Positions 28,231 through 38,090 of a DNA stretch of 62,780 nucleotides are shown here, in pieces. The translations under genes and the position numbers were made by a program. Every line of letters starts with the position of its first letter. The first letter of the stretch is position 1. The notes beneath the pieces were generated by a model. It was not told the origin of the DNA, searched no databases, and saw only the letters and a program-made list of their open reading frames with translations. Origin of the DNA: a virus (lineage: Duplodnaviria; Caudoviricetes); IMG/VR virus record IMGVR_UViG_3300036828_000344, positions 1 through 62,780 of that record; one strand, written 5' to 3'.

Positions 28231-28404
28231 ATGTAGGACGGCTTAATGTAGGACGGACTACGCGCGGCCGGAAAAACGCCCCAACCTTAAAGCTTGCCTT
28301 TACATAATAATAGCATGTCATCATCATCATCTATCCATATATTATAGGGAGGGAGAGCGCGGGGTAATGTAGGACGGTCCTACATTAAAAGTCCTACATT
28401 AAAA
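28230..28404. promoter_or_regulatory. Putative replication origin
   Basis: Five AATGTAGGAC iterons (three forward, two reverse) around an AT-rich tract directly after the primase/helicase gene. Confidence 0.65.
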
Positions 28405-28985
28405 CGCTGCTATTTCGCGCTTTTCGCGTAGTTTTCCTGCAGGTGCTGTTCCGGGACTGGAATTGTTGTAATTCGCGCTAGTTCCGGCGCCAGAATGCAA
28501 CAGTGGCGATGACGACTGCGAAGGCGAGGAAGGTATGGAAACCAGTCGCATTCCAGGCGAATAGAGCCGGATGTGCTCTGTATAGCAGAACGGCTACTGC
28601 GATTATCGCGATTGTAGGCATCATGAGCCTCCACAGCGCCAGTCGCCTAGAATGAGCTGGTATTCGGTACCGGAGCGGCGTACCCGGTCGATGTCGAAGT
28701 AGGCGTAAAGCTGGCCTTCCCAGTCGCGGACGAATACCTGTGCTGTGCCGTCTGGGTGCTCGGAGGTTAGACCGTCGATGAACTGCGCGACGGTCAGTGT
28801 TGCTAGCTCGCGCGTGGTTTCGATGATTGTGTCGGCCGGCATTGTGCCGGAAAGGAATGTGACCGTGCCGACGTTGTACTTGGCGTGGTCGGAGCCGTCG
28901 ACTGCAGGATTGACGACTGTGACGGAATGTTGCGCTGCGACCTCGGAGAAACTACCGATGGCGGTGATAAGCTCGTGGTTAAGCA

Positions 28986-29207
28986 TTACTGGTCCATTCT
29001 GTGGAAGGTATCGCCCCAGCCGAGGTACATGCGGGCATGATCGTCGCAGTAACGGGCTAGCTCGCGGCTCGCGGTCGCGGGCCGGATGACTGTGGCGGGC
29101 TCCGGGCCAATGTCGCATTCGGCTGCCTTCGCGCAGAGCGGGCAGTTGGTGACCGGATGACCCTGGTGTGCTGTGACGTGGAGCCGTCGCAGCCATGGTG
29201 GTTTCAT
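28986..29207 (-). CDS. Small Cys/His-rich hypothetical protein
   Basis: Preceded by GAAAGGCGAG; CPLC and C..H motifs. Confidence 0.55.
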   Translation of the reverse strand: MKPPWLRRLHVTAHQGHPVTNCPLCAKAAECDIGPEPATVIRPATASRELARYCDDHARMYLGWGDTFHRMDQ

Positions 29208-29352
29208 AACTCGCCTTTCTAGGTACCCCAATTATATCTGCGATCTGGGGTCAAGTCGAGTAGCTTATGGATTCTGTGCGATTACTCCTGGTTAATGTCC
29301 ACTACTGTGGAGAATGGAGTATAATCACGCTCGATGGAGGGGAAGGCGACAA

Positions 29353-29670
29353 GTGAGCAGTACGTCGTGGCGGTCTACACCACTGCCACCTGGCTGGAGC
29401 GGCATCCGGTTCGCGGTCCTGGCGCGAGATCCGGTCTGCCGCTACGGCTCGCTGCCTGATGAGGAAGGCTCTTGTGGACAGGACAGTACGGAAGCGGATC
29501 ATGTAGGCGGCAGTGATGACCATCGACTAGAAATGCTGCGCGGATTGTGCCATCCGCATCATGTGGCGAGGTCGGCACGACAGGCGAGAAATGCTAAGGC
29601 CGTAATTGCTAGGGCTAGAAAACGGCCTGTTGATAACCATCCTGGGTACATACGAAGAGAGCCCGCGTGA
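29353..29670 (+). CDS. HNH endonuclease (packaging-associated type)
   Basis: VLARD..C, ADH, and LRGLCHPHH..S. Confidence 0.85.
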   Translation: MSSTSWRSTPLPPGWSGIRFAVLARDPVCRYGSLPDEEGSCGQDSTEADHVGGSDDHRLEMLRGLCHPHHVARSARQARNAKAVIARARKRPVDNHPGYIRREPA

Positions 29671-29828
29671 ACGCCGTTCCTATCACAATATCCGTACGCT
29701 ACCTAACGACCGACCTCGCTGCTGCTGTTGCTGTGGTACTGGAATGCCCGGAATGCTTTGCTATGGTAAGGCAGGAGAAGCTACCGGAGCATATCTCTGT
29801 CCTACATAGGGAGGCTCCCAGCTCGTAA
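29667..29828 (+). CDS. 53-aa zinc-finger-like microprotein
   Basis: GTGA overlap with HNH; ECPECFAMVRQEKLPEHISVLH. Confidence 0.5.
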   Translation: MNAVPITISVRYLTTDLAAAVAVVLECPECFAMVRQEKLPEHISVLHREAPSS

Positions 29829-30230
29829 GGAACTGCTGTGCTGCTGGTAAAGGAACTACTGCTATGGTTAAGAGATACCTCACAACAACAAAGCGATACC
29901 TTAATGCGCCGGGATGGGTGCGGGGAGTCGCCTTGTTGCGGGCACTCCCGGTGACTGGCTGCGTCAGGGAGTCGCCTTGTGTTGTGCTGGCAGCAGCAAT
30001 GATGGTGGGGCATAGGACGGGTGGGGGTGCACCCCCTAAGCCATACGAGGCCGAGACCTTGACGCATAGGCCCATGCTGCGTGCACACAATGTTTGTGCT
30101 TTCACATGCATTCCGGAGAAAGGACTGTCTAATGGGTAAACTTACATTCCAGGAGCTTATGCTCCTGATCCTCGTCCTCGCCATGATCGTAATCACCATT
30201 GCGGTCGGGCACATTGCTGGCTGGTGGTGA

Positions 30231-30431
30231 GTGATGGCGAACCTGCCAAAGCCTACGCCTAGGATCCAGAAGCAGCGCAAGCCGGGCGATGGCGAGGCCG
30301 TCTGCGACAAGTGCAGCGGCACAGGACGAGTCGATGCTCACGTCTGCACCAAGTGCTGGGGCTCCGGCGTGATGAATGAGGACGGCTCCGCGATCAAGCC
30401 AGGGAATGGCGGGAACGGAAGCGGCGGATGA
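30231..30431 (+). CDS. Small DnaJ-type zinc-finger protein
   Basis: Two CxxCxGxG motifs (CDKCSGTG, CTKCWGSG). Confidence 0.65.
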   Translation: MMANLPKPTPRIQKQRKPGDGEAVCDKCSGTGRVDAHVCTKCWGSGVMNEDGSAIKPGNGGNGSGG

Positions 30432-30666
30432 GCCAGGCTATCCCTCGCACGGGCCAGATCACCACTAGGTGGATCACCAGCCAGAGGACGTACCCGACAA
30501 TGAAGCTGGCCAGCAGGAACGGGCCGAGGAACAGCCAGCCCTCCAGGCCGATCCTGCGGCCATTCGGCCACCTTATCTTGAAGATGTTCACGTTCATTCT
30601 CGCCTTCATCGTGCCGGGCTCGTGCCCGTCGCGAACTAGAGCGTGCAGTCTGGCCGGTATATTCCC

Positions 30667-31116
30667 ATGACTGTCAGGAAGCAGCCCACGCAGCGGGGTG
30701 GCGGCGCGACCTCGGCCGTCGATGACCCACGCTACATCTCTGTGACGCAGGGTGAGGCGAGGCGCAAGGGCATACCCATCCCACAGCCCAACCCAAACTG
30801 GAATCCGGCCGTCCAGTCGTGGTACCGCGCGCTCCGGCTCTCCGGGCAGAGCCAGTTCTATGAGGCCAGCGACTGGGCCACGGCCGTCGCAGCTGCGCAG
30901 GCCTATGACATTTTCCTCAAGACTTACAACGCCTCTGTCTTCGCGAGTTTCGTGCGGCTCTCGGAGCGGCTAGGCGTCACGATCGTAGACCGGAAGCGCT
31001 CGCGTATCGAGCTATCAGACGGAGACGTTACCGACGCAGACGAGGAAGCGGCAGACAATACCATCATCGAGTGGCAGGGCAGGCTTGGCGTTGTACGCGA
31101 GGCCGGACAGGAGTAA
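30667..31116 (+). CDS. Terminase small subunit
   Basis: P...W...V..WY.AL..SGQSQFY..SDWA and LGVT..DR.R.RIE; position upstream of the large subunit. Confidence 0.85.
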   Translation: MTVRKQPTQRGGGATSAVDDPRYISVTQGEARRKGIPIPQPNPNWNPAVQSWYRALRLSGQSQFYEASDWATAVAAAQAYDIFLKTYNASVFASFVRLSERLGVTIVDRKRSRIELSDGDVTDADEEAADNTIIEWQGRLGVVREAGQE

Positions 31117-31118
31117 TC

Positions 31119-31415
31119 ATGGCAAGCAAGGGATTCACAGCAACAGCAGTAGGCGTCGTGGCCGGGCCGCTGGACGCCGGAACCGGGAACACGCTGGGGC
31201 ACTTCAACATCAAGGTCACCACGACCGCTCCGGACGCCGTTGTGGCGCTGGAGACCAGCCCAGACAACACGACCTACACCGAGGTAGCTCGCGTTACCGG
31301 CTCGCGCTGGGGTTATGGCAACAGCAACGGACGGCAGCGCTACGCGCACATCAACGTGATCTCACTCGGCACCGGTACGCCTCCGGTCGCGGCGGTCATC
31401 ACGGCCAATCCGTAG
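31119..31415 (+). CDS. Small beta-rich hypothetical protein, probably a virion component
   Basis: RBS GGAG; lies in the packaging operon. Confidence 0.6.
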   Translation: MASKGFTATAVGVVAGPLDAGTGNTLGHFNIKVTTTAPDAVVALETSPDNTTYTEVARVTGSRWGYGNSNGRQRYAHINVISLGTGTPPVAAVITANP

Positions 31416-31421
31416 TCCGTC

Positions 31422-32552
31422 ATGATCCACGACGTATCTCGCGAGCTACGCGGCGCGCACGGCCGCTGGACTCGCGGTGCTGAGGTCATGAAGCGCATGG
31501 CTGAAGAGTCTGGTTCTGCCCGGAAGGCTCCGAACCTGGAGGACATTCACAAACGAGTCCAGGAGATTGCTGGGCTGCCTTCCGGGCAGGGCCGGTACGT
31601 CAATGGGTTCTCTGTGCACAATATGGGCGACAGAGGCATTAGGGTGCGGATGCCTGGCAAGACCCAGTTCTATAAGGATCCACGCGAGGCCGCTGTTGCG
31701 GCATTCCGGAAGGAACACCACGAGGAAGGCCATTCGCCAATTACGCTGCCCGGCGTAGAGACCGGGCCGGGCTCGCCGCCATTGCGGGAAACAAAGAAAC
31801 TGGAGGATGTATTCCGTGGAACGGCCGGGAACGCTCCGCCAAAGGTTATCCATCCTCGCAAACTCGATATCGCTCAGTCGGCCAGCAAAGGCGTAGACCG
31901 CAACAAGACAATGCGGCAGAAGGTTCTGCACGCCTCCACGATTCAGGGACAGGTAACGCCGGAGCTAGTCGGCAAGACCGAGGTGACAATTACCAGGGCT
32001 CCGCACGGAAGGCGCGGCGGCAGTACGCTCGCGTCCCATTCCGGCCAGCAGAATACGCTTCACATCAAGCCGGAAGTCCTTGTTGGGAGTAATGCCGAGC
32101 AAGTGCGAGCGGCGAACGTTGGCGGCTGGTGGGTACCGACCGACTCCAAGCATGATCTAGCCACAAACGTTATGATCCACGAATACGGTCACGGCGTACA
32201 CGGAATGCTTATCAAGAATGGCGTAATGGAGGCCAATAAGCTCCGGCCGTATGCCAATTCAAAAACGGAAATGGCTTTCTGGACTAAGCTCGCGGACTCG
32301 ATGGGTGTGCCACGGCCGCACGTCATGATAGACAAGTACATTCCGGCCGGAGAGCCCGGCCACGAGTTTATGAATATCGTTGACTGGCATAAGCAGAACA
32401 ATGCCGCCATCAAAATGGCGACCTCGCGGTATGCAGGCACAAATATCAACGAGATGATGGCGGAGCTTTGGACTGAAGGCACGCTTTCCTCCAATCCGAG
32501 AGCCGGGGCCAAATTTCTGGCGAGCTTTGTGAAAGCAAAGGGAGAGAAATGA
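31422..32552 (+). CDS. Putative virion protein with C-terminal zincin metallopeptidase domain
   Basis: HEYGH and SRYAGTNINEMMAE motifs; N-terminus shared with 32718-33560. Confidence 0.7.
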   Translation: MIHDVSRELRGAHGRWTRGAEVMKRMAEESGSARKAPNLEDIHKRVQEIAGLPSGQGRYVNGFSVHNMGDRGIRVRMPGKTQFYKDPREAAVAAFRKEHHEEGHSPITLPGVETGPGSPPLRETKKLEDVFRGTAGNAPPKVIHPRKLDIAQSASKGVDRNKTMRQKVLHASTIQGQVTPELVGKTEVTITRAPHGRRGGSTLASHSGQQNTLHIKPEVLVGSNAEQVRAANVGGWWVPTDSKHDLATNVMIHEYGHGVHGMLIKNGVMEANKLRPYANSKTEMAFWTKLADSMGVPRPHVMIDKYIPAGEPGHEFMNIVDWHKQNNAAIKMATSRYAGTNINEMMAELWTEGTLSSNPRAGAKFLASFVKAKGEK

Positions 32553-32737
32553 CTACTAGGCTAGACCCAGCCGGCCCAAAGCTGATCCTGGATGGGGAAG
32601 AGACGACCGGCGTCACTTCTGACTCGTCCTGGGAAGGCACGGCCGAGGACGAGCAGCAGGAGGCCGAGCAGCAGTCGCAGGCGAACCTCGGCCGGATAGC
32701 GCGAGCAAGGAAGCAAGATGGCAAGCGCACTTCATGA
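32549..32737 (+). CDS. Small acidic hypothetical protein
   Basis: Overlaps both neighbours. Confidence 0.6.
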   Translation: MTTRLDPAGPKLILDGEETTGVTSDSSWEGTAEDEQQEAEQQSQANLGRIARARKQDGKRTS

Positions 32738-33560
32738 CGTCAGCCGCGAGCTACGCGGCACTCATGGCCGCTGGACCAGAAGCGGATCTGCCATCAAGCG
32801 CATGGTCGATGAGTCCACGGCCGCTCGCAGCGCCGGTTCTCGCGAGGACGTACACGCGAAGGTCTCTGCACTCGCCAGGGGCACGGGCCGGACGGTCGCG
32901 GGGCACCGGGTAGACCGGACGCAGGCCGATCGCTTCCGTGTTGGGCTCCGGACGCCTAGTGGCCGTGATACAAAGGTCTACGGCTCCGCAGAACACGCCG
33001 CACAAGCCATTCATGAGGGCCAGCATCATGACGCCGGTACGGAGTCTGCTTTCCGTAAGGTAACTGGCTCTAAGCCTGATATCACAAAGATGACGACAGA
33101 AGAGATGCAGCAGCACCTCAATGCCGGCAAGATTACCACAGGCGAGATCGTAGCTGAGATGGAGCGGCGCGGCAAGATTAGGACGGAGGCCGAGAACAAG
33201 GCGAGACTTCCCGGAGGTGCCGAGACCAGATATGACAAGCCATTCCACAAGACAAACGAGCCAGCTGAATACCTCCGCAAGCTGCGTGGTGGCGCGCCTC
33301 CTACGGCCGAGGGCACGCCGATTCCCGGCTCGCGTTCACAGCTCATGGATCTCTATCACCAGTACATGGCGATGGTGGCTGATGCGCCGAAAGGATCGCA
33401 GCGTGAGAAGGATATCACAACTCGCCTTGCGGAGCTTCGCACACAGATTAGCGCCATAGATAAGCGAGCGGAGCAGTCACAACGGACTCCGAGAGTCGCC
33501 AACGAAACTGCGGCCGCTCTTGCTGCGGTAAGGGCAAGGAAGGGCAGGACAAGAGGCTAA
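32718..33560 (+). CDS. Hypothetical protein with N-terminal domain paralogous to 31422-32552
   Basis: HDVSRELRGTHGRWTR vs HDVSRELRGAHGRWTR. Confidence 0.75.
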   Translation: MASALHDVSRELRGTHGRWTRSGSAIKRMVDESTAARSAGSREDVHAKVSALARGTGRTVAGHRVDRTQADRFRVGLRTPSGRDTKVYGSAEHAAQAIHEGQHHDAGTESAFRKVTGSKPDITKMTTEEMQQHLNAGKITTGEIVAEMERRGKIRTEAENKARLPGGAETRYDKPFHKTNEPAEYLRKLRGGAPPTAEGTPIPGSRSQLMDLYHQYMAMVADAPKGSQREKDITTRLAELRTQISAIDKRAEQSQRTPRVANETAAALAAVRARKGRTRG

Positions 33561-33562
33561 TT

Positions 33563-35218
33563 GTGGAAATAGCACCAAGGGATAGGCTTGTTACTATCCC
33601 GGACGGACTTCCCAGCCTAACACTCGGCTGGGAGGGCATTCATTGGGCCACGAAATACCTTAGGCAGCCGGACGGCCCGAATGCTGGCGACCGCTGGCAG
33701 TTTATTGAGTCGCAGGTGCGCTTTATTCTGTGGTGGTATTCCCTGGACGAGAATGGGCGCTGGACTTATTACCACGGCGTGCGCCGGTTTGCTAAGGGAT
33801 ACGGCAAATCTCCGTTCGCGGCCGTCATGTCGATGATTGAGCTACTCGCGCCGGTACGCCTAGACCGGTTTGCGCCTAATGTGCCCGGAGGCTGTATTGG
33901 CCGGCAGGTATCGATGCCGCTAGTACAGATTGGCGCGACCTCGCATGACCAGGCTAATATCAATACAATGCGAATGGTTCGCGCGCTGCTCCCAAAGAAT
34001 TCTCGCATTCTGCGGGATTACGACGTTGAGGCCGGGAAGACAATCTTCCATGTGCCTGGTGGCGGGCAGCTAATGGTGATTACTAGCTCGCCCACTACCG
34101 AGGAAGGCGCGCTGACTACATTCGCCATTCTGGACCAGACTGAGAGCTTCCTTCCTAATAATGGCGGTGTAGACCTCGCGGAGGTAATGGACCGGAACGT
34201 CGGCAAGTCGGGCTCGCGGATTATTGAGACCAGCAATGCTTGGGAGCCCGGCAAGGAATCGGTCGCGGAGACCACATTCGATGCCTGGGTCGCGCAGGAG
34301 GAAGGCCGGCTCAAGGGCAAGGGCAAAATCCTTTATGACTGCCGGCAGGCTCCGCCAGATATTGACTTTGATGATGTGGCGTCTATCCGGAAGGCTATCG
34401 AGTATGCCTATGGCGATGCCTACTGGGTCGATGTTGAGACTATTCTGGAGCGAATTCTAAGCCCACGGACTCCGCTTGACGTTAGCAAGCGCTTTTACCT
34501 CAACTGGCCGGAGAGCCCTGAGGATGCCTGGACTACGCAGCAGCGCTGGGCGAGAATGGCTGACCGGGAATTCCGCATTCCGGACGGCTCTGACATTGCG
34601 ATGGCATTCGACGGCTCGCGAGTCGATGACGCGACCGCATTGATTGGCTGCCATATCGGGACTGGCTTTACATTCTCGCTGGGAATCTGGGAGCCGAGGA
34701 AAGGACTCAAGTATGTACCCTCGGCCGAGGTCCATGAGGCCATTAGGCAGGCCAAGGAAAGGTTCCATGTCTGTGCTTTCTTTGCTGACGTCAAGGAATG
34801 GGAAGAGAGCACAAAGATTACCTGGCGCGAGATGTTTGAGGATGATCTCGATGTATGGGCCGTTCCCGGAGGCCGCGATCCACAGCCGGTAGCCTGGGAT
34901 ATGCGGAGCCATGTAGGCGAATTTACGCAGGCTGCGGAAATGGTCCTGAGTGAAATCGAGTCGCCGGAGGATGAGCCGGTATTCCATCATGATGGCGATG
35001 GAGTCCTCGGCCGTCATGTAACGAATGCGCGCCGGAGGCCCAACCGATGGGGCACTTCCATAGGTAAGGAATCACCCAAGAGCTACAACAAGATTGACGG
35101 TGCGGTCGCTATGATTATCGCGCGACATGCCCGGAGGCTAGTCCTCGCGAGCAAGGTCTATAAGGAACGCAAATCGTCCGGCGAAAAGCGCGGCGGCAAA
35201 GTCTGGAGCTTCTCATGA
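33563..35218 (+). CDS. Terminase large subunit
   Basis: KGYGKSP Walker A, ILDQT, RFYLN, FDGS...D.TAL and KIDGAVA nuclease motifs. Confidence 0.95.
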   Translation: MEIAPRDRLVTIPDGLPSLTLGWEGIHWATKYLRQPDGPNAGDRWQFIESQVRFILWWYSLDENGRWTYYHGVRRFAKGYGKSPFAAVMSMIELLAPVRLDRFAPNVPGGCIGRQVSMPLVQIGATSHDQANINTMRMVRALLPKNSRILRDYDVEAGKTIFHVPGGGQLMVITSSPTTEEGALTTFAILDQTESFLPNNGGVDLAEVMDRNVGKSGSRIIETSNAWEPGKESVAETTFDAWVAQEEGRLKGKGKILYDCRQAPPDIDFDDVASIRKAIEYAYGDAYWVDVETILERILSPRTPLDVSKRFYLNWPESPEDAWTTQQRWARMADREFRIPDGSDIAMAFDGSRVDDATALIGCHIGTGFTFSLGIWEPRKGLKYVPSAEVHEAIRQAKERFHVCAFFADVKEWEESTKITWREMFEDDLDVWAVPGGRDPQPVAWDMRSHVGEFTQAAEMVLSEIESPEDEPVFHHDGDGVLGRHVTNARRRPNRWGTSIGKESPKSYNKIDGAVAMIIARHARRLVLASKVYKERKSSGEKRGGKVWSFS

Positions 35219-36777
35219 TAATCGACCAGGATCAGCTTGTAGAGATTACCACACAGGCAATGCTGGCCCGGTACCGCGAGCAGGCTCGCCTAGACCGGAT
35301 CGCTGCTTACTGTCGCGGCAAGCAGGATCCACCGTACACGCCGAAAGGCGTCAATGCGGAATACCGCTGGATTGCCCGGAAGTCTAGGCGGAACTTCCTG
35401 CCGCTGATTATCTCGGTGGTGAGCCAGAACCTACACGTGGATGGCTACCGGCCGACCGGCTACACTGCCAACCAGGCTCTTGCGCCACAATCTCCACAGC
35501 CGCAGTGGGAGGCGTTCAGGGCCAACCGTATGGTGAGCCGGCAGCATGGCGTACACCGGTCTATCATCAAGTACGGAACGGCCTATGTTGTTGGGCTGCC
35601 CGGCCAGATGAGTAGTGACGAGGAACAGGGTGCAGACGTTCCGGTTATCCGGCCGGTCAGCCCTCGGCGTATGACCGCATTCTATGCAGATGACGTCGAT
35701 GATGAATGGCCTCAGTTCGCGATTGAGGTCAGGGTGGTAAATCTTCCCGGCAACAAGTCGCAGGTTCAGGTATCCGTCTACGATGAGGACAAGCGCTACA
35801 TTCTGGTGGGGAATGCGAACGCAAGCTCTGCGGCACAGATGGACCTCCGGCTCGCGGATGCCGATGACAGTACGCTTGACGGGCAGCCTCCGGTCGCGTC
35901 GCACGGTCTTGGAATCTGTCCTGTCGTCCGCTTCCTGTATGAGACGGATCTCGATGGCGAGGATGACTGCAGTGGAGAGATAGAGCCGCTAATGCCGATC
36001 CAGGACCAGATCAATTTCGACACGTTCAACCTGATGATATCAACGCAGTTCGCTGCTTTCCGGCAGCGCTGGGTCACCGGAATGGCGCCTGTTGATGAGG
36101 AGGGCCGCGAGCAAGCGCCATTCCGGCCCGGCGTGGACCGGGTATGGGCTTCCGAGGACGGCACCACCAAATTCGGTGAATTCGGTGAGACCGCTCTGGC
36201 GCCATACAGCCAGGTCCGCGAGGACGGTATCAAGCACATGTCGACCATCAGCCAGGTGCCGCCATACCACCTACTCGGCCAGGTAGCCAATATGAGCGCG
36301 GAAGCGCTCGCCGCAGCCAGGGATGGCCTAGACCGGAAGATTGAGGAGCTGCAGGCCGGTCTGACCGATCCATGGCGAAATGTGTTCCGGCTAACCGCGC
36401 TCGCCAGAGGTGACAAGGAAGGCTGGAATGACATATTTGGTACCGTTGTATGGCGCGATACTTCGGCTCGTGCTTTCGGCGCGACCATCGACGGCCTAAC
36501 CAAGGCCGCCCAGATGCTTGGCGTACCGGCCGAGGAACTGTGGTCGCGGATTCCCGGAGCTACCGCCGACGATGTTGCTGCCTGGCAGCTGGCGGCGCAG
36601 CGGGAGAAGGCACAGGCACTGGTACAGCAGGCTGTTCAGGCGTCGCAGGCTCCAAAGGTTGCGCCCGGTATGCTACCGGCCAACTTTATGCAGCCAGGTA
36701 CGGCGCAGAATACCGCGCAGACCGCTGTCGCTCCGGCTCCCGGTGCTGCCGCGCTACCGGCTGGGCTTCCGCAATGA
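35215..36777 (+). CDS. Portal protein (SPP1 gp6-like)
   Basis: Position and size; EIEPL...QD.IN, AAFRQRW.TG and NMSAEAL motifs. Confidence 0.92.
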   Translation: MIIDQDQLVEITTQAMLARYREQARLDRIAAYCRGKQDPPYTPKGVNAEYRWIARKSRRNFLPLIISVVSQNLHVDGYRPTGYTANQALAPQSPQPQWEAFRANRMVSRQHGVHRSIIKYGTAYVVGLPGQMSSDEEQGADVPVIRPVSPRRMTAFYADDVDDEWPQFAIEVRVVNLPGNKSQVQVSVYDEDKRYILVGNANASSAAQMDLRLADADDSTLDGQPPVASHGLGICPVVRFLYETDLDGEDDCSGEIEPLMPIQDQINFDTFNLMISTQFAAFRQRWVTGMAPVDEEGREQAPFRPGVDRVWASEDGTTKFGEFGETALAPYSQVREDGIKHMSTISQVPPYHLLGQVANMSAEALAAARDGLDRKIEELQAGLTDPWRNVFRLTALARGDKEGWNDIFGTVVWRDTSARAFGATIDGLTKAAQMLGVPAEELWSRIPGATADDVAAWQLAAQREKAQALVQQAVQASQAPKVAPGMLPANFMQPGTAQNTAQTAVAPAPGAAALPAGLPQ

Positions 36778-37631
36778 GTGTCGCAGAGGCTCCGGCTGTC
36801 GCAGATCCTGCTGCTGGGCTAGTTCCTGGGCTTCCGGTCGGCCCGGAGCTTGGCGGGCAGCTTCTGTTTAGCAATTACCGGAATACGCAGCAGGCGATTG
36901 CGACGCAGGCCGCGACTGCGATCCATAATCTCTGGACGCAGATGATTGACCCGGCAAAATTCAATGATACCTGGACGAGACTTGATCCGGTCGTAAGTGG
37001 GATAGTCGATACGCATTATGGGATGACGGCCGCAAATGCTGCGGAGTATTATGGTACCTCCCGTGTACTGGCGGATAATCCGGCCGTCCGTGTTCCCGGT
37101 GTGACGCTGGATCCGGCCTATCTCGCCAAAGAGATCAGCATTATGGGCGAGGCTCAGTTCTATCATTACCTCAAGGATAACGAGCCGGACGCCGCAGCGG
37201 CTATGACTCGCGATGGGCTCGCCGGAACGGGCATCCGGCTGGTAATGAATGGCGGACGGGATACCATAACGCAGGCAGCGCAGAACGATCCCCTCGCAAA
37301 AGGCTGGGAGCGGGTAATCGAGCCCGGTGCCTGTAGCTTCTGTGCTATGCTGGCCGGCCGTGGAACGGTATACAAAGCGTCAACAGTAGACTTCCGGGCT
37401 CACGATCACTGTCATTGCGTGGCCCGGTCGGTATTTGTAGGACAGGAGTCGGTGAATTCCGGGCTCTCGGCGGAATGGGCCAAGGCAACAAAGGGAACGC
37501 ACGGAGCGGCCGCACGTGCCGCCTGGGACAAGCACTGGAGTGGTAAGAATGTCGAATCTATCGGGCGACCAGCTCAAGAAACTGCGCACGAGCGGCCAGG
37601 CCATGCCGCCATCGGCGGCAAACGAAAGTAA
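36774..37631 (+). CDS. MuF-like minor capsid/capsid maturation protein
   Basis: GWERV...ACSFCAMLAGRG..Y and HDHCHC. Confidence 0.8.
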   Translation: MSVAEAPAVADPAAGLVPGLPVGPELGGQLLFSNYRNTQQAIATQAATAIHNLWTQMIDPAKFNDTWTRLDPVVSGIVDTHYGMTAANAAEYYGTSRVLADNPAVRVPGVTLDPAYLAKEISIMGEAQFYHYLKDNEPDAAAAMTRDGLAGTGIRLVMNGGRDTITQAAQNDPLAKGWERVIEPGACSFCAMLAGRGTVYKASTVDFRAHDHCHCVARSVFVGQESVNSGLSAEWAKATKGTHGAAARAAWDKHWSGKNVESIGRPAQETAHERPGHAAIGGKRK

Positions 37632-37839
37632 TGATCCACGATACCCGATAACTGCGCGCACCGGCGACAATTCCCTGGCGACCGCTATTCAGGCAGTCGG
37701 CCGGGCTCGCCCCAATACGCCAGAGGAACGCGCCAAAGTCCGGAGGTATATAATCAAGGTAGCAGCAGCGAAAGGCTGGAGTGCCGATATTCCGGATTCC
37801 TGGAGTAGCGACGGCACCCTCAAGACCGGAGGCGCATAG
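37549..37839 (+). CDS. Head-region hypothetical protein
   Basis: RYPI...AI..VGR...VRRYI...IPDSW pattern seen in phage head-region proteins. Confidence 0.65.
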   Translation: MSNLSGDQLKKLRTSGQAMPPSAANESNDPRYPITARTGDNSLATAIQAVGRARPNTPEERAKVRRYIIKVAAAKGWSADIPDSWSSDGTLKTGGA

Positions 37840-38081
37840 TGCCGGAATATGGCGATGAGTATGTCTATAGGCATCCACGCGGCTATGGGCTAGGCAAGGC
37901 CGCTAAAGGCGAGCCGCTAACCACTGACATGCATGAGCTTGATCTCGTGGATGGAACCACAGTCAAGTTCCTGGTGTATGATGTGGATTCCGGCTGGCCG
38001 ATAGTCGAGTGGACCGATCAGGCCGGTAACTCGCGCATCACCACAATTGATCCGGTCGAATTCGGTTCTCATTTCGCGTAG
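37839..38081 (+). CDS. Hypothetical protein
   Basis: RBS GGAGG; one-base overlap with upstream gene. Confidence 0.65.
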   Translation: MPEYGDEYVYRHPRGYGLGKAAKGEPLTTDMHELDLVDGTTVKFLVYDVDSGWPIVEWTDQAGNSRITTIDPVEFGSHFA

Positions 38082-38090
38082 GAGGTAGTT

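Noticed and set aside
28317-28331. TCA microsatellite as a phase-variation tract
   Set aside because: Only about four units and non-coding; treated as part of the putative origin.
36450-36773. N-terminal extension of the MuF-like ORF
   Set aside because: Overlaps the portal gene by over 300 nt; the ATGA overlap at 36774 is the more plausible start.
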